A DNA stretch of 64,000 bases from NCBI RefSeq assembly GCF_006345805.1, contig NC_043023.1, forward strand, positions 5,456,001 through 5,520,000, written 5' to 3'. This DNA is from Octopus sinensis. Lineage: Eukaryota. The position numbers and the translations under genes were made by a program. The notes below the pieces were generated by a model that did no database searches, was not told the origin of the DNA, and saw only the letters and a program-made list of their open reading frames with translations. This document shows positions 49,214-61,928 of the stretch, in pieces; position 1 is the first letter of the stretch, and each line of letters begins with the position of its first letter.

Positions 49214-49326
49214 CTAGAAAAACATAGGTAAAATACATTAGCTGATGAATGGTGTCACATGCATGAATTGGAAATCAGGTAACTTCATACCCAGGGAAAA
49301 GTACTGTATGTGTCTCATGCTTGTAG

Positions 49327-49368
<42 letters not shown>

Positions 49369-49374
49369 TACATA

Positions 49375-49676
49375 TATATATAAAGTTAATCCAAACAAGA
49401 AAACACAGTAAAAAACACAACAACGCGAGGATGTGGAACAAATATAGTATTATTGGACGCTCAGGAAAGAAGGGAAGAAGGAGGGTTTAACGTTTCGAGC
49501 GGAGCTCTTTGTTGGAAACAAGGAGAAGGAAAGATCCCGAGAAGGGAAGACAGAGGAAAAAAAATCACCAACGGTACACACGAGGTCACATATATATGTA
49601 TATATATATATATGTATATATATGTGACCTCGTGTGTATATATATGTGTATATGTATATATGTGTATATGTATATA

Positions 49677-49732
<56 letters not shown>

Positions 49733-49845
49733 TATACACATACACATATATATACATATACACATATATATACACATACACATATATATATACACACACA
49801 CATATATATACACATACACATATATATACACACACACATATATAT

Positions 49846-49876
<31 letters not shown>

Positions 49877-50370
49877 AAGTTAATCCAAACAAGAAAACAC
49901 AAAAAAAACACAACAACGTGAGGACGTGGAACAAATAAAGTATTATTGGACACTCAGGAAAGAAGGGAAGAAGGAGGGTTTAACGTTTCGAGCGGAGCTC
50001 TTCTTCGGAAACATAGGAGAAGGGAAGATCCCGAGAAGGGAAGACAGAGGAAAAAAAATCACCAACGGTACACACGAGGTCACATATATATGTATATATA
50101 TATATATGTATATATATGTGACCTCGTGTGTATATATATGTGTATATGTATATATGTGTATATGTATATATATGTGTGTATATATATATATATATAATAT
50201 ATATATATATATACACACATATATATACATATACACATATATATACATATACACATATATATACATATACACATATATATACACATATATATATACACAT
50301 ACACATATATATACACATACACATATATATACACACACACATATATATACACACACACATATATATATAT
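49375..50370 (-). repeat. Tandem duplication (~493 bp) of hammerhead-bearing pLTR repeat plus (CA/TA) tract
   Basis: acgtttcgagcggagctc at 49490 and 49983; both followed by the same cacacgaggtcaca/tgtgacctcgtgtg hairpin. Confidence 0.85.
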
Positions 50371-50694
50371 AAATATAAAGAGAAGACAAAGATAGGTGGA
50401 AGAACAACAAACAGGTGTATTAGTCTGAAGCTCAAAAGTCTTTGACATTTTGAGTCTCTGCTCTGCGTCAAAAAAGGTTGAGAGGAAGAAAATGGAGAGA
50501 GAGATTGAAAAAAAAAACAGAGGAAAAAATGTGTAGGGATTAAAGGTTCAATAAGATGAAAGATCTTTAATATACATATAGATATATTAAATAAAAGGGG
50601 GTGGTCAGCATTTGGATGAGATTTATTTATTTAGTGCTTTCATCCTTCTGAGGAATTCATCATGAGCACTGAATCTCTCCAAAGAGACAAAAGA

Positions 50695-51050
50695 GCTAGC
50701 TTGCTAACCAACCACATGGTTCCAGATTCAGTCCCACTGTGTGGCACCTTGGGCAAGTGTCTTCTGCTATAGTCCCGGGCCAACCAAAGCCTTGTGAATG
50801 GATTTGGTAGATGGAAACTGAAAGAAGCCTGTCGTATATATGTATGTATGTGTGTGTATATGTTTGTCCCCCCAACATCGCTTGACAACTGATGCTGGTA
50901 TGTTTACGTCCCCGTCACTTAGCGGTTCAGCAAAAGAGACCGATAGAATAAGTACTGGGCTTACAAAGTATAAGTCCCGGGGTCGATTTGCTTGACTAAA
51001 GGCGGTGCTCTAGCATGGCCGCAGTCAAATGACTGAAACAAGTAAAAGAG
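50695..51050 (+). mobile_element. Family A SINE
   Basis: Family consensus head to tail. Confidence 0.85.
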
Positions 51051-52369
51051 TATCCAAACCCTGACTATCTCCTTTTCCTTAATATATAAAATCTGTACAC
51101 CACCTCTAACAATCTATACATACATACTTTCAATTATGACATTGGTTCTTAACGAGGGTCCATATAAGATTTTTGAGGGTTCATGCAACAAAATAGTAAA
51201 TGAGGGATCCACAATAGTATTTTAAGGGCTCTTGAAAAATATCTGCTTCTGGGGTATTTATTGTAAGAAACAGCTGGGTTCCTTTCTCTGACATTTCACA
51301 TTGTTCAACCTACACAAGTTAATGTGGGAAAAACAAAATAATAATATTGAAAGAAGTTTCTATAAAACTAGTTTTTTAAACATTGAATGGCCATACGGGT
51401 CCACCAGAATAAAAATAGTAATCAAAGGGGACCATAAATAAAAAATGGTTAAGAACCCCTGAATTACAAGGATGTGAAGTTTTGAAATAAAGTAGCTAAT
51501 ATGTTTTGCTGGGTGTGCGATGTCAGTGTACATGTACAACAGGGTATAAACACGTATATTTGCCATTTAAATATGGCTAACCTCTAAGGGTGGATACTAC
51601 TGTAGTTTGTAGCCCCAGGAGGACACCTCCTCCAGCTGGCTATAGACACACTTTCTGTGCCCTATCAGTATTTGCAAAGGGAAGCCATCCTTCTCGTCTT
51701 CAACCTATGATACACATGGACTCGAGTTTCAGGGTATTGACCCGTCATCAGCGTGTGACAATCACAGTTGTCGATGAAAAGTAGGTTCCCTTCACAAATA
51801 CATATCCTTTTTCCAGTATCGTAAAGACACTGATATCGAAAAAGTGTAAACAAGCAATAATAAATCTCAGAGTATAAACATCTCGAGGGAAAAACTGGAC
51901 ATCAGAGGTATCATATGTGATGTGCAGAGAAGACTGCACCGGTATGGCCATGTTGTGTGTATGCATGAGAACAGCTGTGTAAAGAAGCGCCAATCTCTAA
52001 ATTTGTAAATATTATCAATTGCACATATTCAGTGTATGTGTTTTGTCTGTTTGCCAGTGCTATGGGGAAGTCACCCCCAGGGCACTGTAATGCAGTGAAC
52101 TAGTGAACAAGCAAAACGCATAAATCAAGTATGTGTAGTTGATAATATTTCATAATTGAATTCAATATTACACAGGCATCATTGGGGCATAGCAGCAAAT
52201 TTGTATATAGTCACAGACCGGTAATTCAGTTCAGCCCTGGTTCGATTCAGGGATGTGATGTTGGAAAACCACAAAAATGGCAAAATATTGGTATCCATCA
52301 CTCCTGAATGGGACAGGAGGCGAGTTGTCCATGACTTTCGAGTGTTTTAATGTCAAGGGCTTGTCGATC

Positions 52370-52806
52370 AGCGAGGGCTGGAGGTATTCGACAATGACTG
52401 TCTCCGCCACATTCTTCACTGCCGATGCATTGATCGGGTTCCTACAGGCGGTTTTCGTCATCGCCTGAATCTCCGGCCCCTCCCTTCAGTGCTTCTACAA
52501 CGGAGCTTAAAGTGGTTCAGTCATGCGGCCCGGAGTCCAGAGGGTAAGCTGATTTGCGATGTCCTCCTCCCACCTCCACTTCCCAACTGGCGCAAACGCA
52601 GGGGCGGGCAGCTGAAGACCTGGGCAACGACGATAAAGGAGGACCTCTCCAAACTCTCAGGTCTGCAGATGGTCAGTCTGCGCAGATGGAACCACGAATG
52701 GCTTGCTTTCTCCAGAGACCTCGCACAGGACCATCAAGCATGGGCCACCATGGTTCGTGATGCCATTAGGACCAGAGAAGAAGCTGGCTCAACCCACCCT
52801 GGGTGA
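52370..52806 (+). mobile_element. Second RTE-group LINE 3' relic
   Basis: LEVFDNDCLRHIL..LQRSLKWFSHAAR..WRKRRGGQLKTWATTIKEDL..AQDHQAW; clearly different family from 23872. Confidence 0.75.
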
Positions 52807-52959
52807 ACACTGTCACAAGTACAAGTAAAGCAAGTAATGTCAAGGGCTAGGAGAGAGTTGTCCCCAAAGAATTGTGCCACAGCAAACCACATACACTGAG
52901 TATGCTCGGTCGATAATGTATATATAAATATAACATTAGGAGAAGTACTTGGCCAAAAA

Positions 52960-53960
52960 TAAACATCTGTATCTGGGTTTTGTTGACATGGAGAAAGCCT
53001 TTCACAGAGTCCTACACTCCCTTATACAATGGGCAATGTTAGAAATAGATGAGTGGTTGGTGAGAGCTGTTAGTAAGATGAGAGTTGCCAATGAGTATAG
53101 TAAGGAGTTTAGTGTACAGTAGTCCACCAAGGATCCGTTCTTAGACCCTTCTTGTTTATTGTAGTCCTCCAAGCTAGAACTGAGGGATTTAAAACTGGCT
53201 GCCCTTGAGAGCTCCTCTATGCTGCTGACCATATTCTTATCGCTGAATCACTATTAGAACTAGAGAAGAAATTTCAGGTATGGAAGCAAGGACTGGAATC
53301 AAAGGGCCTTAGAGTTAATTTAGCAAAGACCAAAGACCTGATAAGTAGGAAAACAGACAAACCACAGATCCTTTCAGGGAAATGGCCCTGCTCAATATAT
53401 AGAAACGATGTCAGGAGAAACTCCATATGGTGTACCCAGTGCAAGCTATGGACACATAAGAGGTGCAGCAGTTCCACTGGAAGATTAATAGAGAAAGTAG
53501 TCTTTACATGTGGGAGATGTGTAGGTACTTTAAACACCAGGAATGTACAAAAAATAGACCCCCTCGAATGTCAGGTGGGGTCCTTAGAAGCAGTAGACAG
53601 TTTCCGTTACTTAGGTGACCAAGTTAGCAGTGATGGAGGTTGTTCCGAAAGCATAGCTGCAAGAATAAGCTGGGCAAAGTTCAGAGAGCTACTACCTGTG
53701 TTAGTAGCTAAGCGTCTCTCCCTCAGGGTGAAGGGCAGATTGTGTGATGCCTGTGTACAAACAGCTATGCCACATGGCAATGAGAAGTGGACTGTGACTA
53801 CTGAGGATAGGCAAAGGCTCGAAAGAAGTTAAGCCAATATGCTTCGCTGGATGGGAAATGTAAGTGTGCATATACAACAGAGTGTATAAGAGGCATCAGA
53901 TGCAGTGTGCAAGAGAGAAGACTGTGCTGGTACAGTCATGTAATGCATATGAAGACAGCT
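52960..53960 (+). pseudogene. Decayed copy of the 23872-type RTE reverse transcriptase
   Basis: FVDMEKAF, LLYAAD, AVDSFRYLGDQVSSDGGCSESIAARISWAKFRELLP with multiple stops and indels. Confidence 0.85.
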
Positions 53961-54330
53961 GCATCAAGAAGTGCATGCATCTGTGTCTGTCCTCAACCGC
54001 TGCTTGATAACCAGTGTTGTGCTTATGTCCACATAACTTAGTGGTTCAGCAAAGAGACCAATAAAATAGGTAGTAGACTGACAGAAAATAAAGAATAAGC
54101 GACCAATTCATTCAATGCAGTGCCCCAGTATGGCCACAGGAATGACTGTGTGGTCAGAAGTTTGCTTTCCAACCACATGGTTTCAGGTTCCGGCCTACAT
54201 CTTGACACCTTGGGCAAGTGTCTTCTACTATACCTTCAGGTTAACCAAAGCCTTGTGAGTGGATTTGGTAGATGGAAACTGAAAGAAGACCATTGTATAT
54301 ATATATATATATCTCTATTTATAAAACTGA

Positions 54331-54371
<41 letters not shown>

Positions 54372-54384
54372 ACTGAGATTTTTC

Positions 54385-54613
54385 GAGTGGTGGGCCCCAT
54401 GGAGGCAAAGTGACTAAGTTCCTTTCGAGTGTTGGGCCTCACAGAGGTGAGGTCGCTGAGTTCCTTTTGAGTAGGCCTCGTGGAGGCGAGGTGGCCGAGT
54501 TCCTTTCGAACGGGCCTCATGGAGGCAAGGCGGCTAAGTTCCTTTCAAGTGTTAGGCCACATGGAGGCAAAGTGGTCGAGCTCCTTTTGAGTAATTGGGC
54601 CTCATGGAGGCAA
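54385..54613 (+). repeat. ~40-bp minisatellite (~6 units) resembling the RTE ORF end
   Basis: gag..gggcctcatggaggcaa.gtg.c..agttcctttc repeated; continues into gaccaagacctctgg like RTE 25795-25812. Confidence 0.7.
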
Positions 54614-54684
54614 TGACCAAGACCTCTGGATTGAGAAGACCCATCAAGCTGAGCAAAATCACAGTTGTGGCAAATACCAACATC

Positions 54685-55910
54685 TATTTCTTTATTACCC
54701 ACAAGGGGCCAAACACAGAGAGGACAAACAAGGACAGACATAGGTATTAAGTCGATTATATCGACCCCAGTGCGTAACTGGTACTTAATTTATTGACCCC
54801 GAAAGGATGAAAGGCACAGTCAACCTCGGCGGAATTTGAACTCACAACGTAATGGCAGACGAAATACGGCTACGCATTTCGCCTGGTGTGCTAACGTTTC
54901 TGCCAGCTCACAAATACCAACATCACGCAAATGGCACCCGTGCCGGTGGCACATAAAAGCAGCCATTACACTCTTGGAGTGGTTGGCATTAGGAAGGGCA
55001 TCCAGCCATAGAAAACCTTGCCAAATCAGATTGGATCCTGGTGCAGCCTTCCAGCATGCCAGCTCAGTCAAACCGTCCAACCCATGCCAGCATGGACAAC
55101 GGACGTTAAATGATGATGATGATACTCTTTACTCTTTTACTTGTTTCAGTCATTTGACTGCAGCTATGCTGGAGCACCGCCTTGGTCGGCCCGAGGCTAT
55201 AGTAGAAGACACTTGCCCAAGGTGCCACGCAGTGGGACTGAACCCAGAACCATGTGGTTGGTAAGCAAGCTACTTACCACACAGCCACTCCTGTGCCTAT
55301 GATGATGATATATTGTGCGTGTGCCTCTGTTTATTTCCCACCCTTACTTGACAACCATGTTGATGTTTTTACATTCCCATAACTTAGCGGTTTGGTAAAA
55401 AAAAAACGATAGAATAAGTACCAGGCTTTAAAAAAAAAGGACTGAGGTCGATTCATTTCACTAAAAATTCCTCAAGGCGACACCCCAGCATGGGCGCAGA
55501 CTAAATACTGGGGAAAAAAGTAAAAATAGAAGATAAAAACAGGAGTGGCTGTGTGGTAAGTAGCTTGCTAACCAACCACATGGTTCCGGGTTCAGTCCCA
55601 CTGCGTGGCATCTTGGGCAAGTGTCTTCTGCTATAGCCCCGGGCCGACCAATGCCTTGTGAGTGGTAGACGGAAACTGAAAGAAGCCTGTCGTATATATG
55701 TATATATATGTATGTGTGTGTTTGTGTGTCTGTGTTTGTACCCCTAGCATTGCTTGACAACCGATGCTGATGTGTTTACGTCCCCGTCACTTAGCGGTTC
55801 GGCAAAAAAGACCGATAGAATAAGTACTGGGCTTACAAAGATTTGCTCGACTAAAGTCGGTGCTCCAGCATGGCCGCAGTCAAATGACTGAAACAAGTAA
55901 AAGAGTAAAG
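54685..55910. mobile_element. SINE/RTE-tail cluster: family B (-), RTE tail (+, 54935-55120), family A (-, 55125-55300; +, 55540-55910)
   Basis: Family cores visible. Confidence 0.8.
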
Positions 55911-56289
55911 AGTATACGTATACGCAGACATACATGCAAAGAGTGGGAGAGGAGGGAAGAGGGGGAGGATGTTGTGTCCAATATCGACAGAGGAATGAAA
56001 AACGAGTGAGTAGCGGCGGGAGGTAGACGTGAAGACAGATAGAGAGAAAGAGAGAGAGAGCCCAAGATAGATAGAGAGGAAGTATATGACGGAGTAAGAG
56101 GAAGACATATATATGATAGATAAATATCAGAGGAAGTAAACAAACGAGAGAGGGAGAAAGAGTAGGAAATCAAGGGAAGGTGTGAAAGTGCTTTATATAT
56201 ATATATATATATAATCATCATTATCGTTTTAACGTCCACCTTTCTATGCCTGCATGGGTCAGACAGATTTGTTGAGGTAGAATTTCTAA

Positions 56290-56329
56290 ACAGATTTAAT
56301 AGACACATATATACACCTACCCTTAAATA

Positions 56330-56366
<37 letters not shown>

Positions 56367-57074
56367 GAGTAGGTATATATGACACACACAAACATACATG
56401 GATACACATATATGAGTATAAACACACATTGTGTGTAAATATGTGTACACACGTATATTAACAAACATATATATTCATATGCTTATATATATATATACAC
56501 ACATATAGGCGATCGCCCACACATATATATATATATATACATACACACACACCACTAGATTAAAAAAAATTTTAAACATGCATAAATAAATATACAGACA
56601 TTTATATATATATATATATATACATATATAAATATATATATACATACATATATATATATATATAGGCGATCTTATATATATATATATATATACACACATA
56701 TATATATACACATACATACATACATATACACATACATGTATATATATACACATACATATATATATATACACATACATATATATATATACACATACATACA
56801 TATATGTACACATACATACATATATATATATATAACATATATGTACACATACATACATATATATATATATATACATATATGTACACATACATACATATAT
56901 ATATATATATATACACATACTACATATATATATATATACCATACATACATATATATATATATACACACACATACATATATATATATATATACATATATGT
57001 ACACATACATATATATATATATATATACACATACATATATATATATATACACATACATACATATATATATATAC

Positions 57075-57147
<73 letters not shown>

Positions 57148-57407
57148 ATATATGCATTCATGTACAGAATTCAAATACATAATTTTACAAGGAAAAGGTT
57201 TTGTGACTCCGAAGTGATGGCAAAGTAACCCGACACACTTCGAGGTCACTATCAACTCTCTTCACATAAATAAAAAAAAAAAAGGGAAGCCCAATAAAAA
57301 GTATTTTATTCCTCAATTTTATGTTCCACTGCTTATATACATGACTTAATAAAAAAACAATTATATATATATGATTTTTACATGCAAATATACACGGAAA
57401 TATATAT

Positions 57408-57449
<42 letters not shown>

Positions 57450-57842
57450 ACAAGCTTTTATAAATATATATTTCTAAATACATGTATGTATAGAAATAGA
57501 CAAATTGTATATATGTACATATATACGTATTTACATTTATATATGCATATAGTTACATCTAATTTTATATTATCTATATTTTACATACATCTTCCACAGT
57601 ATGTATATATATATATATATATTATATATAATATATAATATATACACATACATCTTCCACAGTATGTATATATATATATATAATATATATACATACATCT
57701 TCCACAGTATGTATATATATATAATATATAATATATACATACATCTTCCACAGTATGTATATATATATATATATATAATATATACATACATCTTCCACAG
57801 TATATATATATATATATATAATATATACATACATCTTCCACA

Positions 57843-57887
<45 letters not shown>

Positions 57888-57900
57888 TATATCTATCTAT
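56290..57900. repeat. (TA)n/(TACA)n field including six copies of ACATACATCTTCCACAGTAT
   Basis: cttccacag at 57591, 57654, 57699, 57745, 57792, 57835. Confidence 0.9.
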
Positions 57901-58346
57901 ATATGCCATATAGCATATATATACACAAATATATACCCATCCATTTTATACACATTTATACATACATGTGTGTGTGTATAAATATAAAAAGAGACACAAA
58001 ATTAACACATGAGGTGTACAAAAATTTATGTATATACACATGTACACATGGTTAGCCATACATGAATATATTAATGTTTATACACAAATCATTATATGCA
58101 CACACGTATATATACATTATATATATATGAAAGATACGAATGTATATATGTGTGTGTGTATACGCGCGCAGAGTTATGATAAATATACATAAACACTCAC
58201 ACAGATTCATGCACTCACATAGACATACACTAACACTCACTCACACCTACACTCACACTCACACTAATGTAGCAGCTAAGAGTGCAGACATGAATTAAGG
58301 GAAACACCATGGCTATCTGATATCTACTACTACTACTACCACCTAC

Positions 58347-58415
58347 CTTACGAATACGTCGTTTCTGGATACATTCTGCTGCAAACACTCTGTCCCCCAT
58401 ATTCGGAAGTTCCAT
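58347..58415 (-). CDS. Pc: Pc/CBX coding exon 1 (69 nt), chromodomain N-terminus
   Basis: ATG at 58415, [23 protein letters not shown], then donor AAG|GTAGGT; resembles CBX starts such as MELSAVGERVFAAE...KRRIRK. Confidence 0.95.
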
Positions 58416-59399
58416 TTGTAAGAAGGCCCCTGGTCCCTTATTTTCAAAGGAGAGCAGGGAACTGGGTTTCTTTCCTTATCTTTCACCCAATTAACACGGT
58501 TCCCTCTTGCACCTTGGCTCTCACTCTCTCTCACGCTACACTCACTCTCTCTCATTCACTCACTCACACTCTCACTCACTCTGTCTATCTATGTATGTGT
58601 CTGTTAATATATGTGTGAGTTTCCTTGTCTCGAGGATTGCTTGGCTTGCCTCTCTCGCTTGCCTGCTTGCCTTCGTCTCTTCTCTCTCTCTTCATCTCAT
58701 TCATTCCCTCTCTGTATATATGTTTCTTTTCCATTACGTTTCTCTCTCTAATCATTTTTACCATTTCCTTTTCACTCCTCCCCATGTCTTATCTCCTACT
58801 TTTTCACTCACTATACACTATATATATATTTATCACTCCCTCTCTCTATGTATATTTATTTCTTTTTCTCCCCTGCACTTTCCTTTTCCCTCTCTAATCT
58901 CTTTTACCATTTCTTTTTCCTCCTCCTCTTTTGTCTTACATTTTCACTCACTCACTCCCTATACATATACTTATCTATCACTTTCTCTATGCCTCTGTGT
59001 ATTTCTTTATACTTTATTTCCCTCTCTAATCCCTTTTACTATTTCTTTATCTCTCCTCCCCCTCTCTTTGTTTCGTATTTTATCTCTCACTCACCATACG
59101 TATATTTATCTAAATGTCACCCACACTCTCCATCTACTGATGTATTTGTCTGTCACACACACTCTCTCTCTATGCGTGTATGTATCTCTTTCAGTCTTTT
59201 CCCTCCCTATTCCTTTCACTCTTTCCTTTCCTCTCCTCCGCTTCTCTTTGTCTCGCACATTAATCCTCCCTCCCTATAATTTATCTGTCTATCACTCACT
59301 CTCACACTCACAACATTCTCTTTCTATGTATGTATCTATCTGACACATTCTCTCCTTCTATCTATCTTTCTCCATCCCTTACTCTCACTCCATTGTCTA

Positions 59400-59800
59400 G
59401 TTTTCCTTTTCCTCCTCCTCCCTCGCTTTACTGTTACAGTTTGAAGCGGCGCCTGCGCTTCGCATGCTATTGGTGTTGATAATGACGATGATGCTGATAA
59501 TGATAATGGGAGGCTGCTGCTGCCGCGGCCGTCGTCTTCATCCTTATTGTTTTGATGATGCTCAAAGACTTGTGCTGCTGCTGCGGCGGCGGCTGGGACT
59601 GACACGACTGCTGCTGCTGATGACGACACAACTAAAAGGCTGAGGGTGGAGGCGCGACACCCACTACTCCTCCTCCCACTCTTGTTATGGCATGTCGGGT
59701 TGAAACGCGGCGGCGTGGCAACCACAGGCGCGACGGTACGACTAGAAGGGAGATAATCTTTAATCTTGTATGGGTCGGAGGTAGCGGCGGCGTGGTTCCA
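59400..59800 (-). promoter_or_regulatory. GC/CpG-rich island ~1 kb upstream of the Pc ATG; candidate promoter/5' leader
   Basis: Dense CG/GCC triplets against an AT-rich background; no similarity to the repeats seen in this window; position upstream of exon 1. Confidence 0.5.
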
Positions 59801-59929
59801 TAGTTTGTGTGTGTGTATATATATATATATGTATGTAGATATATATATATATATATACGCATCTATGTATGTGTGTGTGTGTATGTATATTTTGTGAATG
59901 TCACTGCACATCTATGTGCATGTTTCTTT

Positions 59930-60158
59930 TATCGTTCGCTTGTTTCAATTCTCAGACTGCGGCCATGCTGGGGCACCACCGTGAAGAATTTTTAGCTGAA
60001 TGAATCGACCCTAGTACTTTTTTTAAAAGCCTGGTACTTATTCTATAGGGTACCTTTTGCTGAACCACCAAGTTATAGGGACGTAAACACACCAACATCA
60101 GTTGTCAGGCGGTGGTGGACAAAGACTCACACAGATGTATGTGTGTATATATATCTAT

Positions 60159-60230
<72 letters not shown>

Positions 60231-60370
60231 GACGGTCTTCTTTCAATTTCCGTCTACTAAATCCATTCACAAGGCTTTGGCCGGTCCAAGCCTATAATAG
60301 AACACATTTGCCCAAATGCAACGCAGTGGGACTGAACTCGGAGCCCTGTGGCTGGGAAGCAAGCTTCTTT
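59930..60370 (-). mobile_element. Family A SINE, diverged, with (GATA)/(GA) expansion
   Basis: Reverse-complement tail and head present. Confidence 0.75.
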
Positions 60371-60952
60371 CTACAGTGGCGACTGTAGGGCGAGACATGA
60401 CCCGACTTTGGTAGTCTCCAATTCAGTTCTGATCAAAGTCGCTCCAACAACCGAGTGTTTTTAGTGCTTTTTTTTTTACTTCTTCTCTTTTTCTACATTA
60501 TAAGTAAAATTAAGACGAGTCTATCCATTTTCCTTTTCTTCTATATTTGTTATTTTGTTGGCAATGGTCGGGTGTGAGTTAATGCAATTTAACTGCTATT
60601 TCTAGCAGACCGACCACAGTATCCCCATGGATGGCACGCTCTCAAAATAAGGGGAGATAATCAATAATCATATATGTGTGTGTAGGTGCATGAGTGTGTG
60701 TGTGTGTGTGTGTGTAAACCTGCATGAATGCGTGTTGGCCTGCTTGGCGGGAGAGGGGTTCTGGCATTTGGTTGTTCTTTGACCCCAAGTCAGTTCTCTA
60801 AATCGGTGCTTCTCAATCGGGGTCCACAGTAGTTTCTTTTAGGTCCATGTAAGAAACAGTTAAGTTTCTTCCTCGTGTTTTACAAAGTTCTGCCTACACA
60901 GGTGAATGTGTGAGAAACGAAATAGGAATTTTGAAAGAGATCTATTGAATGG

Positions 60953-61350
60953 CTATAGGGGATCTTTTCGGTTTGAACGGCAGTTTTTTTCCAGCGGTGT
61001 CATGAAATTGTCACCCATAATTATGACCCTAGTATCGATCTATTGCATTTCAATCTCTTTTAGGTTAAGGGGTGGGGGAAGGGTATCTTTTTTTCTTCAG
61101 AAGTGTAAATAAACCCAATCTGTTTCTTAAACGAGGGACATATTCATACACAGAATGTTTTTTTTTTACCTCAATGGACGTCATTGATAGGTTGAAATTG
61201 CAAAAATTGAAGAAAAAAACAACAAATATGTTAGAAACAATAGAATTTTCTCAATAAAGCCAAGAGAAAAAGTATACGAAGCTTAAAATTTTTTAGTTAC
61301 CTAGAAATTATGTTAAAAACTGCCATTCAAACCGAAAAGATCCGCTATAG
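60953..61350. mobile_element. Non-autonomous element with ~35-bp inverted termini
   Basis: ctataggggatcttttcggtttgaacggcagtttt vs aaaactgccattcaaaccgaaaagatccgctatag; internal ga(c/t)gtcattgat.ggttgaaatt shared with the 23072 foldback. Confidence 0.75.
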
Positions 61351-61429
61351 GAATCCACCAGAATGGAATAGTAATCAAAGTGGTATCCACATAGTGAATT
61401 AAGGATTCATGGTAGTATTTTAAATGTTC

Positions 61430-61730
61430 ATCATCATCGTTTAACGTCCGTTCTCCATGCTAGCATGAGTTGGACGGTTCGACCGGGGTCTGGGAAGCCA
61501 TGGGCCGCACCAGGCTCCAGTCTGATCTGGCAGTGTTTCTACAGCTGGATGCCCTTCCTAACGCCAACCACTCCATGAGTGTAGTGGGTGCTTTTTACGT
61601 GCCACCTGCACAGGTGCCAGGCGAGGCTGGCAACGGCCACGGTCGGATTGGTGCATTTTACATGCCACCGGCACAGAAGTCAGTCGAGGCGGCGCTGGCA
61701 TCGGCCACGATTCAGATGGTGCTTTTTCGG
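61430..61730 (-). mobile_element. RTE 3'-end copy
   Basis: Near-identical to 5105-5440. Confidence 0.85.
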
Positions 61731-61928
61731 GGGAATGGAATAGCAAAGGGATAACCCTGAAAAATATTTTACTTTCGATGTAAGTATTGTAAGAAACGGC
61801 TAGGTTTCTTTGATGTTTTACATATTTCGACCTACGCAAAGGAATGTGTGGTAAATTCATTTGAAAGAAGTGTCTTTAAAACAAGTTTTTAAACACTGAA
61901 TGACTAAGGTGATCTCAGACTTATTATA

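Larger units (their letters stand above)
18972..58415 (-). other. Pc: Polycomb/chromobox (CBX2/4/6/7/8-type, PRC1) gene model, 5 coding exons, ~596 aa if the exon-5 frameshift is repaired
   Basis: Manual splicing with GT-AG at every junction and matching phases gives [87 protein letters not shown]...Pc box. Chromodomain cage F11/W32/W35 intact. Confidence 0.95.

Noticed and set aside
54385-57880. Repeat-spacer patterns as CRISPR arrays
   Set aside because: Eukaryotic context, no unique spacers, no cas genes.
58507-59343. 278-aa S/L/F/H-rich plus-strand ORF
   Set aside because: Translation of the CT-rich tract; pyrimidine skew suppresses stop codons.
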